Below, in pieces: positions 9,962 to 19,665 of a stretch of 59,255 bases of DNA. Numbering within the stretch: the stretch's first letter is position 1; the number at the start of each line of letters is the position of its first letter. The position numbers and the translations under genes were made by a program. The notes beneath the pieces were generated by a model, which saw only the letters and a list, made by a program, of their open reading frames with translations, ran no database searches and was not told the origin of the DNA. Where the stretch lies: contig CAYNFQ010000004.1 in NCBI GenBank assembly GCA_964396715.1, positions 1 through 59,255 of the forward strand, written 5' to 3'. Source of the stretch: an uncultured Gammaproteobacteria bacterium (GTDB lineage Bacteria > Patescibacteriota > Microgenomatia > Daviesbacterales > UBA10151).

Positions 9962-11012
9962 TTGGCCGATCACCTTAAGCAGTCTATTTTTGATCTCGTT
10001 GGGGATATTAGTGATTTATTCTTCATCAGAGGAGTTGGCAGTGCAGCAGACTGTTTTTGCTCTGGTGGGAATAGCCATCTTTCTTTTTATCTCCAGATTT
10101 GATTTACAATCAATCAAAAATTTAATAAAGCCTGCCTATTTTCTCATGATCCTGCTGCTTTTGGCTGTATTTATTTTAGGGATTGAGACACGGGGGTCAA
10201 TCAGGTGGATCCCTTTGGGAATTTTTAATATCCAGCCATCAGAGTTTGCCAAGCCGGTTCTCATACTGACTTTGGCCAAATTTTGGTCAGACAAACTACC
10301 TACATGGTCAAATATTATAAAAAGCATTCTTTGGACAGCTCCCCTATTTTTTCTGATTTTTAAACAGCCTGATTTGGGATCGGCGCTGACTATTGGGGCA
10401 ATTTGGTTTGGCATGCTTGTTGCCTCGGAAATTTCCTTTAAAAAAATAATTATTCTTTTATTGATATTTTTGTGCGCGGTTCCGCTAAGTTGGGTATTTT
10501 TGCATGATTATCAAAGACAGCGTATTTTTGGATTTTTAGATCCTGGTGGAGATCCCTTGGGACAGGGCTATAATGTGATTCAATCAACAATTGCTGTGGG
10601 CTCGGGAGAATTTTTTGGCAGAGGTTTGGGAAGAGGCACGCAGTCAAGACTGCAATTCTTGCCTGAATTTAGGACTGATTTTATTTTTGCCTCAATTGCG
10701 GAAGAGATGGGTTTTATCGGTTCCATGATCATCCTTACCATATATTTGTATATGCTTATTTATTGTCTTAATATTACGCAACAAGGTATCAGTCCCTACA
10801 ATTTTCAGATCATCATTGGAGTTGCCTCTATGCTGCTTTTCCAGATTTTTATCAACATCGGTATGAACATAGGACTTTTGCCTATTACCGGTATCACCCT
10901 GCCGCTTATTTCTTATGGAGGCAGTTCTCTGATAGCCACACTCGCTTCTTTGGGGATGATTGCCTCCATCGCGAGACTCAAAAAAAGAATTGACCACGAT
11001 TATGAAAACTAA
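9939..11012 (+). CDS. rodA: Rod shape-determining SEDS glycosyltransferase RodA
   Basis: RWI, IQPSEFAK, QPDLGS, GYNVIQS, TDFIFA and LPLISYGGSS SEDS motifs. Confidence 0.93.
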   Translation: MKILSAVNWPITLSSLFLISLGILVIYSSSEELAVQQTVFALVGIAIFLFISRFDLQSIKNLIKPAYFLMILLLLAVFILGIETRGSIRWIPLGIFNIQPSEFAKPVLILTLAKFWSDKLPTWSNIIKSILWTAPLFFLIFKQPDLGSALTIGAIWFGMLVASEISFKKIIILLLIFLCAVPLSWVFLHDYQRQRIFGFLDPGGDPLGQGYNVIQSTIAVGSGEFFGRGLGRGTQSRLQFLPEFRTDFIFASIAEEMGFIGSMIILTIYLYMLIYCLNITQQGISPYNFQIIIGVASMLLFQIFINIGMNIGLLPITGITLPLISYGGSSLIATLASLGMIASIARLKKRIDHDYEN

Positions 11013-11018
11013 TCGTGG

Positions 11019-11047
11019 TTGACACGGATGATGATAGAGGGTAGAAT
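11019..11047 (+). promoter_or_regulatory. Sigma70-type promoter for rplU (near-leaderless)
   Basis: TTGACA (11019-11024), 17-bp spacer, TAGAAT (11042-11047); ATG at 11055 with no SD. Confidence 0.7.
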
Positions 11048-11054
11048 CTTGTCC

Positions 11055-11366
11055 ATGTTTGAATATTCAATTTGTGAAATCGGAGGCAAACAATATAAAG
11101 TCATACCAAATCATCCTTTTGAGGTGAATTTTCAGGAGGGTGAGGATAAAGAGATGGAGGCAAAGGTATTGCTTATTTCAGAAGGCGGGAAATTAAAGTT
11201 GGGTAATCCGTATTTGAAGGAAGCTTTAAAGCTGGAACGGGTTGGTACTACCAGAGGAAAAAAGATCAGGGTCGCCAAATTTCATGCTAAGGCCAATTAT
11301 CGCAGAGTGATGGGTTCAAGAAGCAAATTAACAAAGCTTATATATCTTGTGAAAAATTCCTCTTGA
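11055..11366 (+). CDS. rplU: 50S ribosomal protein L21
   Basis: EIGGKQYKV N-terminus, KIRVAKFHAKANYRRVMGSR; directly before rpmA. Confidence 0.9.
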   Translation: MFEYSICEIGGKQYKVIPNHPFEVNFQEGEDKEMEAKVLLISEGGKLKLGNPYLKEALKLERVGTTRGKKIRVAKFHAKANYRRVMGSRSKLTKLIYLVKNSS

Positions 11367-11421
11367 TTTTAATTTTCACAAGAGCTAAAATGATCTTGCG
11401 CCAAAGAAAGGGGCGCTCCGA

Positions 11422-11667
11422 TTGGCACATAAAACAGGCGGAGGATCAACCAGAAAAAACAGAGATTCGATTTCAAAGCGTTTGGGTGTAAAAAAATACG
11501 GCGGACAGTCTGTTTCAGCAGGTAACATTCTAGTACGCCAGAAAGGCAACAAATTTTATCCGGGAGTAGGGGTTGCCCAGGGTAATGACTACACGATTTT
11601 TGCAACTATCAGCGGAAAAGTTGAATTTAAGAGACGACTGAATAAAACAGTTGTTGGTGTTGTTTAA
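11422..11667 (+). CDS. rpmA: 50S ribosomal protein L27
   Basis: [32 protein letters not shown]; TTG start. Confidence 0.97.
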   Translation: MAHKTGGGSTRKNRDSISKRLGVKKYGGQSVSAGNILVRQKGNKFYPGVGVAQGNDYTIFATISGKVEFKRRLNKTVVGVV

Positions 11668-11672
11668 AAATT

Positions 11673-12527
11673 ATGGATCAAGAGCAGACATACGAATTGG
11701 AGCTGGATTTACTGCAACCGAATCCGTTACAACCCAGAGGTTTGATTACCCCCGAATCTTTGTTAGAGCTTGCCGAGTCCATAAAAGCACATGGGGTTTT
11801 AGAACCTTTGGTGGTGGCCAAGACTCCGGCCGGTTTTCAAATTATTGCCGGAGAGCGAAGATGGAGAGCCGCTAAATTAATAGGTCTGCTGAAAGTGCCG
11901 GTCATTATCCGCGAAACCAGCCCGCAGGGAATGCTGGAGATGGCAATTGTGGAGAATGTGCAAAGGATTGACCTGAATCCTTTGGAGAGGGCGCAAGCCT
12001 ATAAAAGGTTGATGGATGAGTTTGCCCTAACCAATGCGGAGATTTCCGAAAGAGTGTCCAAGTCTCCTTCGTATATTTCTAATACCATAAGACTGCTAAC
12101 TTTGCCGGATGCTATAAAAGATGCTTTAATGTCCGGTGCCACAACAGAAGGTCATGCCAGGGCTTTGGCAGCCCTGGAAGATCCCCGCTTGATCATAGAG
12201 GGGTATAAAGAGGTGCTAAGGAGAAATCTTTCTGTGCGGGGCACCGAGGAGTTGGTGAGAAGAATGAGGTCAAAAGGTGGGATTGGTGCCAGAAGGAATG
12301 CGGTGACAGAATCCATGCATATTGTATCTGATGAGTTAGATCGGGTGCAAGCTGATTTGCATGCGGTTTTATCCCGAAGAGCAGAAAAGGCGGCTGTTAA
12401 GTGTACCCAAACCGGGAAAAGAGTCAAGCTGGAGCTTTTAATAGACGGGGATCCGGGAAAAACTACTCCGATTTTGCAAGATATCCACCAGGCAATTGTC
12501 GGTTACTTTAATTTAAAAGAAAATTGA
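11673..12527 (+). CDS. parB: Chromosome partitioning protein ParB/Spo0J
   Basis: NPLQPR, IIAGERRWRAA, ENVQRIDLNPLE and HTH region. Confidence 0.93.
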   Translation: MDQEQTYELELDLLQPNPLQPRGLITPESLLELAESIKAHGVLEPLVVAKTPAGFQIIAGERRWRAAKLIGLLKVPVIIRETSPQGMLEMAIVENVQRIDLNPLERAQAYKRLMDEFALTNAEISERVSKSPSYISNTIRLLTLPDAIKDALMSGATTEGHARALAALEDPRLIIEGYKEVLRRNLSVRGTEELVRRMRSKGGIGARRNAVTESMHIVSDELDRVQADLHAVLSRRAEKAAVKCTQTGKRVKLELLIDGDPGKTTPILQDIHQAIVGYFNLKEN

Positions 12528-12531
12528 GTAG

Positions 12532-13116
12532 TTATTTATCCGTTAGAAGACCCATGCTCTGCGGAGGCCAGTAGCGGAAAAAAGCCCTGCCAACTATCTC
12601 CTCTTTGGTGACACTGCCCCATTCCCTGGAATCGGAGGAATGGCTACGATTATCTCCTAGCACAAAATACTGATTAGGGCCTGCTTTTATAGTTGCGCCT
12701 TCTGTTAAAAAAGCGCCGGCGCGGGTGGCAGTTTGGGAAGGCAAATAATTTTCCCGGATAAGCTGGTCATTCACAAAAAGAGAATTGTTTTCGATTTTGA
12801 TGGTGTCGCCCGGTAGGGCAACAATCCTTTTTATGAAATCTTCCGATTCATCCCGCGGATTTTTCAGCACGATAATATCTCCCCTTTTGGGAGTTGAGAA
12901 TCTATAACTTATTTTTTCAGTAATCAAGTAGTCCCCGCTTTTAAAGGTGGGGATCATGGAGTTGCCGGAAACTTTGTGGAATTGGGCAACAAATAAGTAA
13001 ATTGCCGCAAAAATGGCTCCGAAAACAACCAGTGTTTCAAAAAGTTCCAAGGCATACCCTTTAAGGTTTTCAAAAAAACTTATTTTGGGAGTACCGTAAT
13101 AATCCAACGGATCCAT
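12532..13116 (-). CDS. lepB: Signal peptidase I
   Basis: GNSMIPT (catalytic Ser), FIKRIVALPGD (catalytic Lys), GDNRSHSSDSR. Confidence 0.95.
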   Translation of the reverse strand: MDPLDYYGTPKISFFENLKGYALELFETLVVFGAIFAAIYLFVAQFHKVSGNSMIPTFKSGDYLITEKISYRFSTPKRGDIIVLKNPRDESEDFIKRIVALPGDTIKIENNSLFVNDQLIRENYLPSQTATRAGAFLTEGATIKAGPNQYFVLGDNRSHSSDSREWGSVTKEEIVGRAFFRYWPPQSMGLLTDK

Positions 13117-13185
13117 GTGGGTTATTATCTCAAAACTTTTGGTTGTGAAGCAAGGGGGGGAATGTTAAAATTATGATTGTTTTAT

Positions 13186-13262
13186 GGTCGTGTAGCTCAG
13201 CTGGTTAGAGCGTCCGCTTCACATGCGGAAGGTCTCTGGTTCGAATCCAGACACGACCACCA
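13186..13262 (+). tRNA. tRNA-Val(CAC)
   Basis: Acceptor GGTCGTG/CACGACC, anticodon arm TCCGC-TTCACAT-GCGGA, T-loop TTCGAAT, encoded CCA. Confidence 0.95.
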
Positions 13263-13264
13263 AA

Positions 13265-14410
13265 ATGACAAAAGTAATCGGGCTGGATATTTCGGTTTTG
13301 AATGAGCGGCAAAGGACCGGCATTGGGGTTTATACTGACAATCTCATTAAAGCTCTGCTTACTGAAAACAAAAAGGATAAATTTATTTTATTTGGTATAG
13401 CAACGCTTGCAACCTTCAAGTACTTAAAAAATATCGAATTTAAAAATTATCCCAATGTAGAGTTACAAATTTACAAAATGCCTGCCAAATTCTTCAGGAT
13501 TTCATTTTTACTTTGGCAGAAACTAAACTGGCCTGCTATAGAAAAATTTATAGGGCCTGTTGATATTTTCCATTCCTTTAACTGGTATTTGCCGCCACAA
13601 AGAGAGAGCAAGGTTGTGGCAACTGTTTTTGATATGACTCCCCTGCTATATCCCCAGTTTCACCTTAAAAAAACAATACAGCTGGATAAAATCAGGTTAA
13701 ATAGAATAAAAGATCGGGCAGATTTAGTAATTACCATCTCTGAGAATTCTAAAAAAGATTTTTTGAAGTTTAGTCCGCAAAGCTGGGTGGAAGTAGCTTA
13801 TCCGGCTGTTTCAGACATTTTTTTAAAAAAGATTGATAAAGAAAAATCAAAAAAAGTATTAAAAAAATACAATTTGGAGCCGGGTTATATATTATCTGTT
13901 GGCACTCTGGAGCCAAGGAAAAATATTGAAGGCGTAATGAAGGCTTTTGTCAAATTAGCCTCACAAGGTTCAACCTTGTGTGCGTATGGACTTGTGATCT
14001 TAGGAGCTAAGGGTTGGATGAATGAGGAGATTTGTAAACTTCCCAAAAAATTAGGCATTGAAGACAATGTAAGATTTATAGGTAGAGTTGAAGATGAAGA
14101 TTTACCCGCCCTTTACAGCAATGCTTTTTGTTTAGTTTACCCCTCTTTTTATGAGGGGTTTGGTATTCCTATTTTGGAGGCCCAGGCGAGTGGTTGTCCG
14201 GTTATTACTTCTGCTGTTTCATCCCTGCCTGAGGCCGGGGGACAGGGAGCAATTTATGTAGATCCTTATTCGGTGGAAGATATTATAAGGGGAATGAGGG
14301 AGATAGGGAGGATCAGGGAAAAATTAGTCAAAGAGGGATTTAGTAATCTTAAAAGATTTAGTTGGGAAGAGTCAGCTAGAAAGCTCAACCTTTTGTATCA
14401 GCGGCTTTAA
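13265..14410 (+). CDS. Glycosyltransferase family 4
   Basis: VGTLEPRKN and YPSFYEGFGIPILEAQA motifs; the true start is the ATG just after the tRNA, not 13223. Confidence 0.9.
   Translation: MTKVIGLDISVLNERQRTGIGVYTDNLIKALLTENKKDKFILFGIATLATFKYLKNIEFKNYPNVELQIYKMPAKFFRISFLLWQKLNWPAIEKFIGPVDIFHSFNWYLPPQRESKVVATVFDMTPLLYPQFHLKKTIQLDKIRLNRIKDRADLVITISENSKKDFLKFSPQSWVEVAYPAVSDIFLKKIDKEKSKKVLKKYNLEPGYILSVGTLEPRKNIEGVMKAFVKLASQGSTLCAYGLVILGAKGWMNEEICKLPKKLGIEDNVRFIGRVEDEDLPALYSNAFCLVYPSFYEGFGIPILEAQASGCPVITSAVSSLPEAGGQGAIYVDPYSVEDIIRGMREIGRIREKLVKEGFSNLKRFSWEESARKLNLLYQRL
13962..13985. repeat. REP-like palindrome in frame within the GT4 gene, related to the RAYT1 repeat
   Basis: CACAAGGTT-C-AACCTTGTG followed by TGCGT; shares CAAGG-N5-CCTT(T/G)TGTGCGT with the 868-890 copy; encodes QGSTLC. 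Confidence 0.65.
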
Positions 14411-15572
14411 GTAGTATCCAGATTAAAATAAACGGATAGAATAAACTGTTGGCAAAGACACTGTGTACCAAAAGTCCTAAAATTGCCGAGGTTAAAATGA
14501 AATTATTTTTCATTGAATATTTAAATAATGAGGCTAAAAATAATATATAAACAATAAAGCCGACAACTCCTGTTGTTGCCAAAACAGACAAAAGACTGGA
14601 ATCATTGCTTGATGATCCGTGGCTTTCAATAAATTGTTTATCTGCCAGATTATATTCTTTGATTGCGTACCGGTAGCTGTTGTAGCCTACTCCTAAAATT
14701 GGGGATTTTTGAAAGATGGCAAAACCCTGCTGCCAGGTGTTTATTCTAAAGTTGGCTGATTGTTCCCTGTCTATACCTCGGGGTTTGGCAACCAGCCGGG
14801 TATAAATTTGGAATCCGGTTAAAAGAACTATAAATAGCAAAACGGATACTGCCACCAATTTTTTGGATTTTTTAAAAAAAGAGAGGGCTAAACCGCCTAC
14901 TAAAAACATCAAATAGCTGCTTCTGGAGAAGGTAGTTAATAGGGCAAGATAGGCGATAAAAAATACAACAGACTGCTCGCCTCGCGGCGAAGCCACGCCA
15001 CAGGCGGGCGAAGCGGGCCACGCCTTTCGGGCTCGCAATGACATTATTAAAAGTAGAGTTAATACAAAATATGCTCCGGCAAAATTAGGGTCGAAAAATG
15101 TGGAGACAGTTCTGAAATAATGCGGATCCCAGCCGTTTTCGGATAAAAATCCCAGATCCGGCAAAAAAATAAATTGCAGTAACCCTAAGAGTGCTAAACC
15201 TAATCCTGAGTAGAGGAGGATATTGTTTATATCCTTTCGCAAACTACCAAAAACTTCAGAATAAATTAGCCAATACAGTAGGAAATAAAACACTAACCTG
15301 ATAATATAGAAAAAAGAGGTGGAGTATTCGGCTGCGCTCAGGTGAAGCGGGGTTAAGATTAGGGAAATAATCGCTGTAAGGATAAACATAAAAAATATTT
15401 TTAAAAAAAGGGGCGGTTTTTTTAAATGAAGGCTGCTTTTGAAAAAACCGTAGCCGGTTAAAATTACCACTGTGATATCAAGAAGGGTTACTCCGCCGTG
15501 AGTTCCCAGGGGAATGCGGATCAATTGACCGATAATTACAGTCAGTGTTAGAATCAAAGCCGGAAAACCCAT
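14385..15572 (-). CDS. O-antigen ligase/Wzy_C family membrane protein
   Basis: Multi-TM; RTVSTFFDPN, TFSRSS, PILGVGYNSY. Confidence 0.8.
   Translation of the reverse strand: MGFPALILTLTVIIGQLIRIPLGTHGGVTLLDITVVILTGYGFFKSSLHLKKPPLFLKIFFMFILTAIISLILTPLHLSAAEYSTSFFYIIRLVFYFLLYWLIYSEVFGSLRKDINNILLYSGLGLALLGLLQFIFLPDLGFLSENGWDPHYFRTVSTFFDPNFAGAYFVLTLLLIMSLRARKAWPASPACGVASPRGEQSVVFFIAYLALLTTFSRSSYLMFLVGGLALSFFKKSKKLVAVSVLLFIVLLTGFQIYTRLVAKPRGIDREQSANFRINTWQQGFAIFQKSPILGVGYNSYRYAIKEYNLADKQFIESHGSSSNDSSLLSVLATTGVVGFIVYILFLASLFKYSMKNNFILTSAILGLLVHSVFANSLFYPFILIWILLKAADTKG
14976..15040. repeat. GC-rich nested REP-like insertion in frame in the O-antigen ligase
   Basis: Minus strand GTCATTGCGAGCCCGAAAGGCGTGGCCCGCTTCGCCCGCCTGTGGCGTGGCTTCGCCGCGAGGCGAG encodes SLRARKAWPASPACGVASPRGE between TM segments of an AT-rich gene. 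Confidence 0.8.
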
Positions 15573-15573
15573 A

Positions 15574-16638
15574 TTGATGAAATTATATCCTAATGTGACA
15601 ATTATTTTCCTGATCTGGATTTTGTCTGTTTTTGCAATTTTTTATTTTGGTTTTTTGAGTTTTCCCAACTCCGGCAATTTTTCCCGGGATTTTTTTCAAA
15701 GTTTGTCTAACTGGGACGGCGGGCACTTTTTATCTATTGCCGAAAACGGATATCAGGAAAAATTTCAGTATGCTTTTTTTCCGCTGTACCCAATGCTGAT
15801 TAGGTTGGTAAATCAGATAATAGGAAATTATAATTTATCCGCAATTTTAATCAGTATAACTTGTATTTTCTTTGCAACGCAACTGTTTTATAGACTGGTA
15901 TCTTTTGATTTCAGCAAAATGCTTGCCCAAAGGTGTATTTTATTTCTGTTATTTTTCCCCACTTCTTTTTACTTTTTAGTCAGCTATTCTGAAAGTTTAT
16001 TTTTACTTTTGACTGTTCTGACATTCTACTTTTTAAGACAGAAAAAACTTTTTTTGGCAACAGCGGCCGCAATTTTGGTCAGCGCTACCAGGTTGGTGGG
16101 CTTGGCTGTTGTTTTGGGATTTTTGATAGAGGTACAACTGGTTTACGGTTTTAGTAAAAAGAATTGGTATGTATTGTTTGCCCCTTTGGGATTTGCAGCT
16201 TTTTGTATTTTTCTTTACACAAAAACAGGTGACCCGTTTTACTTTACTGTGGCAGAGAATCACTGGCAAAGATCTTTAAGCTTGCCCGGTGTCGGATTTT
16301 GGGAAGGGATTAAGGGTTTGGTAAACGGACAATCCATAAAAAGTTACCCGAATGTGGTTTTGGATTTAGCCTTTGCCATTTTTGGTCTGGGGCTAGCATT
16401 GAGAACTTGGCGTTTTTTGCCTATGTCATATTCAATCTATAGCCTGGTGTCTATTGCCATCCCCCTTTTGACACCGACACTTTCCTCAATCCCCAGGTTT
16501 TTGCTGCCTATTTTCCCCATTTTTATAGTTTTGGCTCTGGTTAAAAATGAATATGTGAAACTTTTTTATCAGGTTATTGCTTTGATGCTTTTGTCAGTCT
16601 TGGCAATCCTTTTTATAAACGGGTATTGGGTAAGCTAG
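15574..16638 (+). CDS. GT-C mannosyltransferase (PIG-V-like) membrane protein
   Basis: NWDGGHFLSIAENGY, AFFPLYP, YSESLF, RLVG and PRFLL motifs. Confidence 0.8.
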   Translation: MMKLYPNVTIIFLIWILSVFAIFYFGFLSFPNSGNFSRDFFQSLSNWDGGHFLSIAENGYQEKFQYAFFPLYPMLIRLVNQIIGNYNLSAILISITCIFFATQLFYRLVSFDFSKMLAQRCILFLLFFPTSFYFLVSYSESLFLLLTVLTFYFLRQKKLFLATAAAILVSATRLVGLAVVLGFLIEVQLVYGFSKKNWYVLFAPLGFAAFCIFLYTKTGDPFYFTVAENHWQRSLSLPGVGFWEGIKGLVNGQSIKSYPNVVLDLAFAIFGLGLALRTWRFLPMSYSIYSLVSIAIPLLTPTLSSIPRFLLPIFPIFIVLALVKNEYVKLFYQVIALMLLSVLAILFINGYWVS

Positions 16639-17360
16639 GGTTGGAACGTTACCTTTCTTGAAATCTCCTTAAAGTTTACAGCATGATCTTGTGCTTTGAT
16701 ACTAAAATAGTTATCACCGTCAGCAAGTTGTACAATAGTTGAAAAATTCCCGTCTTTGTCAACTATGACTTGAGCATTATTGACAAACACTTGGGCACCC
16801 GGTTCTGTTTTGCCTGAAATTTTTAATTTTCTCTCACCCGCTACGTTTTTATTATCTTCCGGTTCATTGACAGATAAAGATGGCTGTTCGTTATCAAAAA
16901 TTATTTTAAAAGTTTTTGAGCTCAGGCTTTCTTTGCCTTCTTCATCAATGCTTTTTGAAAAAATACTATTTGTGCCGAAGTTTAAGTCAATCTCCTTTGC
17001 CGTAAATGAACCATCCTCTAAAACACTGATGGTTGTTATTGCCTTATCATCTACAAATATCTTAACTTTGGCATTTGGATTGGCGTATCCGCTAATGTTA
17101 ATTTTGGCTGTATTGGTTGATTCAAAAGGGATGTTTAGAATTGGAGGAGCCAGAGTTGAGTTTAACTGGTCAATTTTTACCCGCTTTGGTGCCGGTTTAA
17201 CAATGTTATTTACCTCCCCCAGCATATTGACAAAAGAAGGCAGGGCCCAATTTATTGTTGCATAAAGCAGGGTAATTATTAAAAGACAAGTAATAATCAG
17301 GTTTCGCCTGCTTTTTCTGATAAGTCTTCTTGCAGAGTATGAGCGGTATCTTTGCGCCAT
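16635..17360 (-). CDS. Membrane-anchored protein with bacterial Ig-like domains
   Basis: N-terminal TM helix; two ISG(Y/K)x(N/E)PxAxV...DG.F...G.N repeats. Confidence 0.7.
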   Translation of the reverse strand: MAQRYRSYSARRLIRKSRRNLIITCLLIITLLYATINWALPSFVNMLGEVNNIVKPAPKRVKIDQLNSTLAPPILNIPFESTNTAKINISGYANPNAKVKIFVDDKAITTISVLEDGSFTAKEIDLNFGTNSIFSKSIDEEGKESLSSKTFKIIFDNEQPSLSVNEPEDNKNVAGERKLKISGKTEPGAQVFVNNAQVIVDKDGNFSTIVQLADGDNYFSIKAQDHAVNFKEISRKVTFQP

Positions 17361-17382
17361 CCTTTATATTATATTACTTATA

Positions 17383-18903
17383 TTACAGATTTTTTTCAAA
17401 AATATATGCGCTGAAGCCGCCGGACTTTAGTACGCGGGCTCCGCTTGTGGCAAAATTTACACCTGCTCTCTCTTCTGATAAGATGATTTCTAATTTAACA
17501 GGATTTTGAGTTATTTCCTCCGGATACAGCCAGCCTAATCCCTCATCAGACTCACTCCTTTCCGGTTTTTTGCCATTTAAAACAAACAAGTATCTCCAGC
17601 CCTCATAGAAGTGGCATAATCCTGTTTGCTTAAGCTCAAAGGGTTGATTACCGATTATATTTGCCGTTTGTTTGATCAGGGATTTTTTTGCTCCGTAACC
17701 AAACTGAGGATTATTGGTGATGATGCTATAAACGCCAAGGATTGATAATATCAATACTGCCCCAGTTATTAGGATTTTTAATTTGGGAAAATAAGTGGCA
17801 AGTATGCCGGGTATAAAAAGTAATAGAGGAAAAATTCCCAGAAGATAATATTCAAAAGCTCCCCCCGGAAAAAGCAGGAAGAAAATAATAATTGACAATA
17901 AAAACAGGGAAAGCAGCCGTGTATTGGCACTTTGCCATGTTTTTCTTTGCAGCAAAAAAATAATCAGTATGCCCAGTCCCAAAAAAGATAACCAAACAGG
18001 AGGCGTAAATCTTTTGGAGATGCCATCAACTGGAGGATTATTGATGCGGGAAGCATTAGTACAGGAGGTGATGACCTCATCCGAGTTGTTACCAAAAGGG
18101 GCAAGGTAGTAAATTCTGCCCATGGTTTGAAAGAAGGCCCGGAAATGATGGAGGGGATTAATGTTGTTTCTGTAATCGGATGTAATTTCTGCAAACCTTA
18201 AAGGAGTAGTTAAATTACTGCCTTTATGAAAATAGTCAAAGGCGATTAAGGGGGCAATCATCAGCAGGAAAGCCGTCAAGGATAATAAAACAGTTTTTTG
18301 GGGCAGCTTAATTTTTTCCTTAACTATCCAAAATATGGCTACAAAAATAATTGGGATCAGAGACAGGTGGGTGTGGAATACCAGACCATAGCCTGCGGCA
18401 AATAAAATTGCCCAGTTTGGATTTTTCTTTAGTTGAGATAAGGATATCAGCATCAGCAGCGATAAAAATGGAATTGGGGTGGGATTCCAGTATTTTTGGT
18501 CAAAAAAGACCATCAGCGGGAGAGTGGCATAAAGCAGTCCTGCCATAAGTCCTGCCTTTTTGCTAAAAAGAGTTGCACCCGTCAGAATTATCAGTAAAGT
18601 GGTCAAAACACCTATTGCCGATGAGATATAGCCAGTAATAAGAGGATCCCCTTTTGCAATAGCAAGCCAAAAGGCAGTGAAATAAGCCCAATAAGGGCCT
18701 AAATAAAAGCCGGTATGGGCGGCATTCACACCTACCCAGATGATGTGAAAATCTTTGACTATTGATTGGGCCAAAATTGCCTGGTATTCTTCATCCCCGG
18801 CAAAGACAAAAGAATTGGGAAGATTGTAAAATCTTAAAAATAAAGAAATTAAAAGAATTAAAAAAACAATTTGTAAGTAGGATAATTTTGGATGCTTTAA
18901 CAT
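17383..18903 (-). CDS. Glycosyltransferase family 39 / ArnT-like GT-C membrane protein
   Basis: LFLRFYNL...FAGDEEYQA, YLGPYWAY, multi-TM. Confidence 0.75.
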   Translation of the reverse strand: MLKHPKLSYLQIVFLILLISLFLRFYNLPNSFVFAGDEEYQAILAQSIVKDFHIIWVGVNAAHTGFYLGPYWAYFTAFWLAIAKGDPLITGYISSAIGVLTTLLIILTGATLFSKKAGLMAGLLYATLPLMVFFDQKYWNPTPIPFLSLLMLISLSQLKKNPNWAILFAAGYGLVFHTHLSLIPIIFVAIFWIVKEKIKLPQKTVLLSLTAFLLMIAPLIAFDYFHKGSNLTTPLRFAEITSDYRNNINPLHHFRAFFQTMGRIYYLAPFGNNSDEVITSCTNASRINNPPVDGISKRFTPPVWLSFLGLGILIIFLLQRKTWQSANTRLLSLFLLSIIIFFLLFPGGAFEYYLLGIFPLLLFIPGILATYFPKLKILITGAVLILSILGVYSIITNNPQFGYGAKKSLIKQTANIIGNQPFELKQTGLCHFYEGWRYLFVLNGKKPERSESDEGLGWLYPEEITQNPVKLEIILSEERAGVNFATSGARVLKSGGFSAYIFEKNL

Positions 18904-18960
18904 AACTGATTAGGTTATATATTGAATTAAAACTTAAATGCTGTCCAGTTTCAATCTTTG

Positions 18961-18980
18961 ATATTCATATTACGATCGTA
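18961..18980. promoter_or_regulatory. Putative operator upstream of the PaaX-like gene
   Basis: ATATTCATATTACGATCGTA with the perfect palindrome TACGATCGTA; 18/20 identical to 19502-19521. Confidence 0.55.
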
Positions 18981-18993
18981 GTATAAATAATTT

Positions 18994-19500
18994 ATGGGAA
19001 CATTGAGAAAGGGATTAAGTAATTGGATACTGCTGGTTTTGGAAAAAACAGTTGATGGTGTTATAAGAGTTGATGATTTTATAAACAATCCAGGATTATA
19101 TGCTTATCGTGATGGCTGGAATTATCCACTAAACAAATCAGCACTATCACAAGCACTGAGAATCTTAAGAGAAAATGGATTTATTGAATTTTTGGATGAT
19201 CAAAAATTAGTAGGTAGGTTAACTGATGAAGGTAGAGCCGAGGCAATATGGGCTAAAATTCGGGTTCAAGATGAACCCTGGGATGGAAAATGGAGATTGG
19301 TGATTTTCGATATACCTGAGCAAAGAAGAATTGCCAGAGATTTACTAAGGTCTAAGTTAAAACAATGGGGTTTTATTAATTTACAAAGGTCAGTTTGGGC
19401 TTGTAAGAAGAATTGCACAAAACAATTAAAAGATTTTATAAAAGGGGTTGGCATAAAAGAATGGGTAATGGTTATTGAGTCCACCGATATTGATCGCTAA
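18994..19500 (+). CDS. PaaX-like transcriptional regulator (wHTH + Cas2-like ferredoxin domain)
   Basis: wHTH-like LSQALRILRENGFI...LTDEG then WDGKWRLVIFDIPEQRRIARDLLRSKLKQWGF..LQRSVW. Confidence 0.85.
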   Translation: MGTLRKGLSNWILLVLEKTVDGVIRVDDFINNPGLYAYRDGWNYPLNKSALSQALRILRENGFIEFLDDQKLVGRLTDEGRAEAIWAKIRVQDEPWDGKWRLVIFDIPEQRRIARDLLRSKLKQWGFINLQRSVWACKKNCTKQLKDFIKGVGIKEWVMVIESTDIDR

Positions 19501-19501
19501 A

Positions 19502-19521
19502 ATATTCGTCTTACGATCGTA
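19502..19521. promoter_or_regulatory. Second copy of the putative PaaX-like operator
   Basis: ATATTCGTCTTACGATCGTA immediately after the stop codon, upstream of the tRNA pair. Confidence 0.55.
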
Positions 19522-19581
19522 TAATGAATAATTGGAGATATGTTTAGGTGATTTACAGAATGATATAATTTGGAAGAAATT

Positions 19582-19652
19582 GCGGGATTTGTATAGTGGT
19601 AATACGCCACCTTCCCAAGGTGGAGCCGCGAGTCCGATTCTCGTATCCCGCT
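19582..19652 (+). tRNA. tRNA-Gly(CCC)
   Basis: Acceptor GCGGGAT/ATCCCGC, anticodon arm CCACC-TTCCCAA-GGTGG; T-loop TCCGATT is slightly atypical; no encoded CCA. Confidence 0.9.
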
Positions 19653-19665
19653 CATGTATGATTTA

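Noticed and set aside
11364-11366. Alternative genetic code (TGA = Gly/Trp)
   Set aside because: rplU and hicB end in TGA at the expected lengths, and long genes have no in-frame TGA.
13223-13264. ORF-track N-terminal extension of the GT4 gene
   Set aside because: It is a translation of tRNA-Val; the real start is the ATG at 13265.
18994-19500. Cas2 / CRISPR-Cas locus
   Set aside because: The Cas2-like segment is the C-terminal domain of a PaaX-like protein. No cas1 and no repeat-spacer array were seen anywhere in the window.
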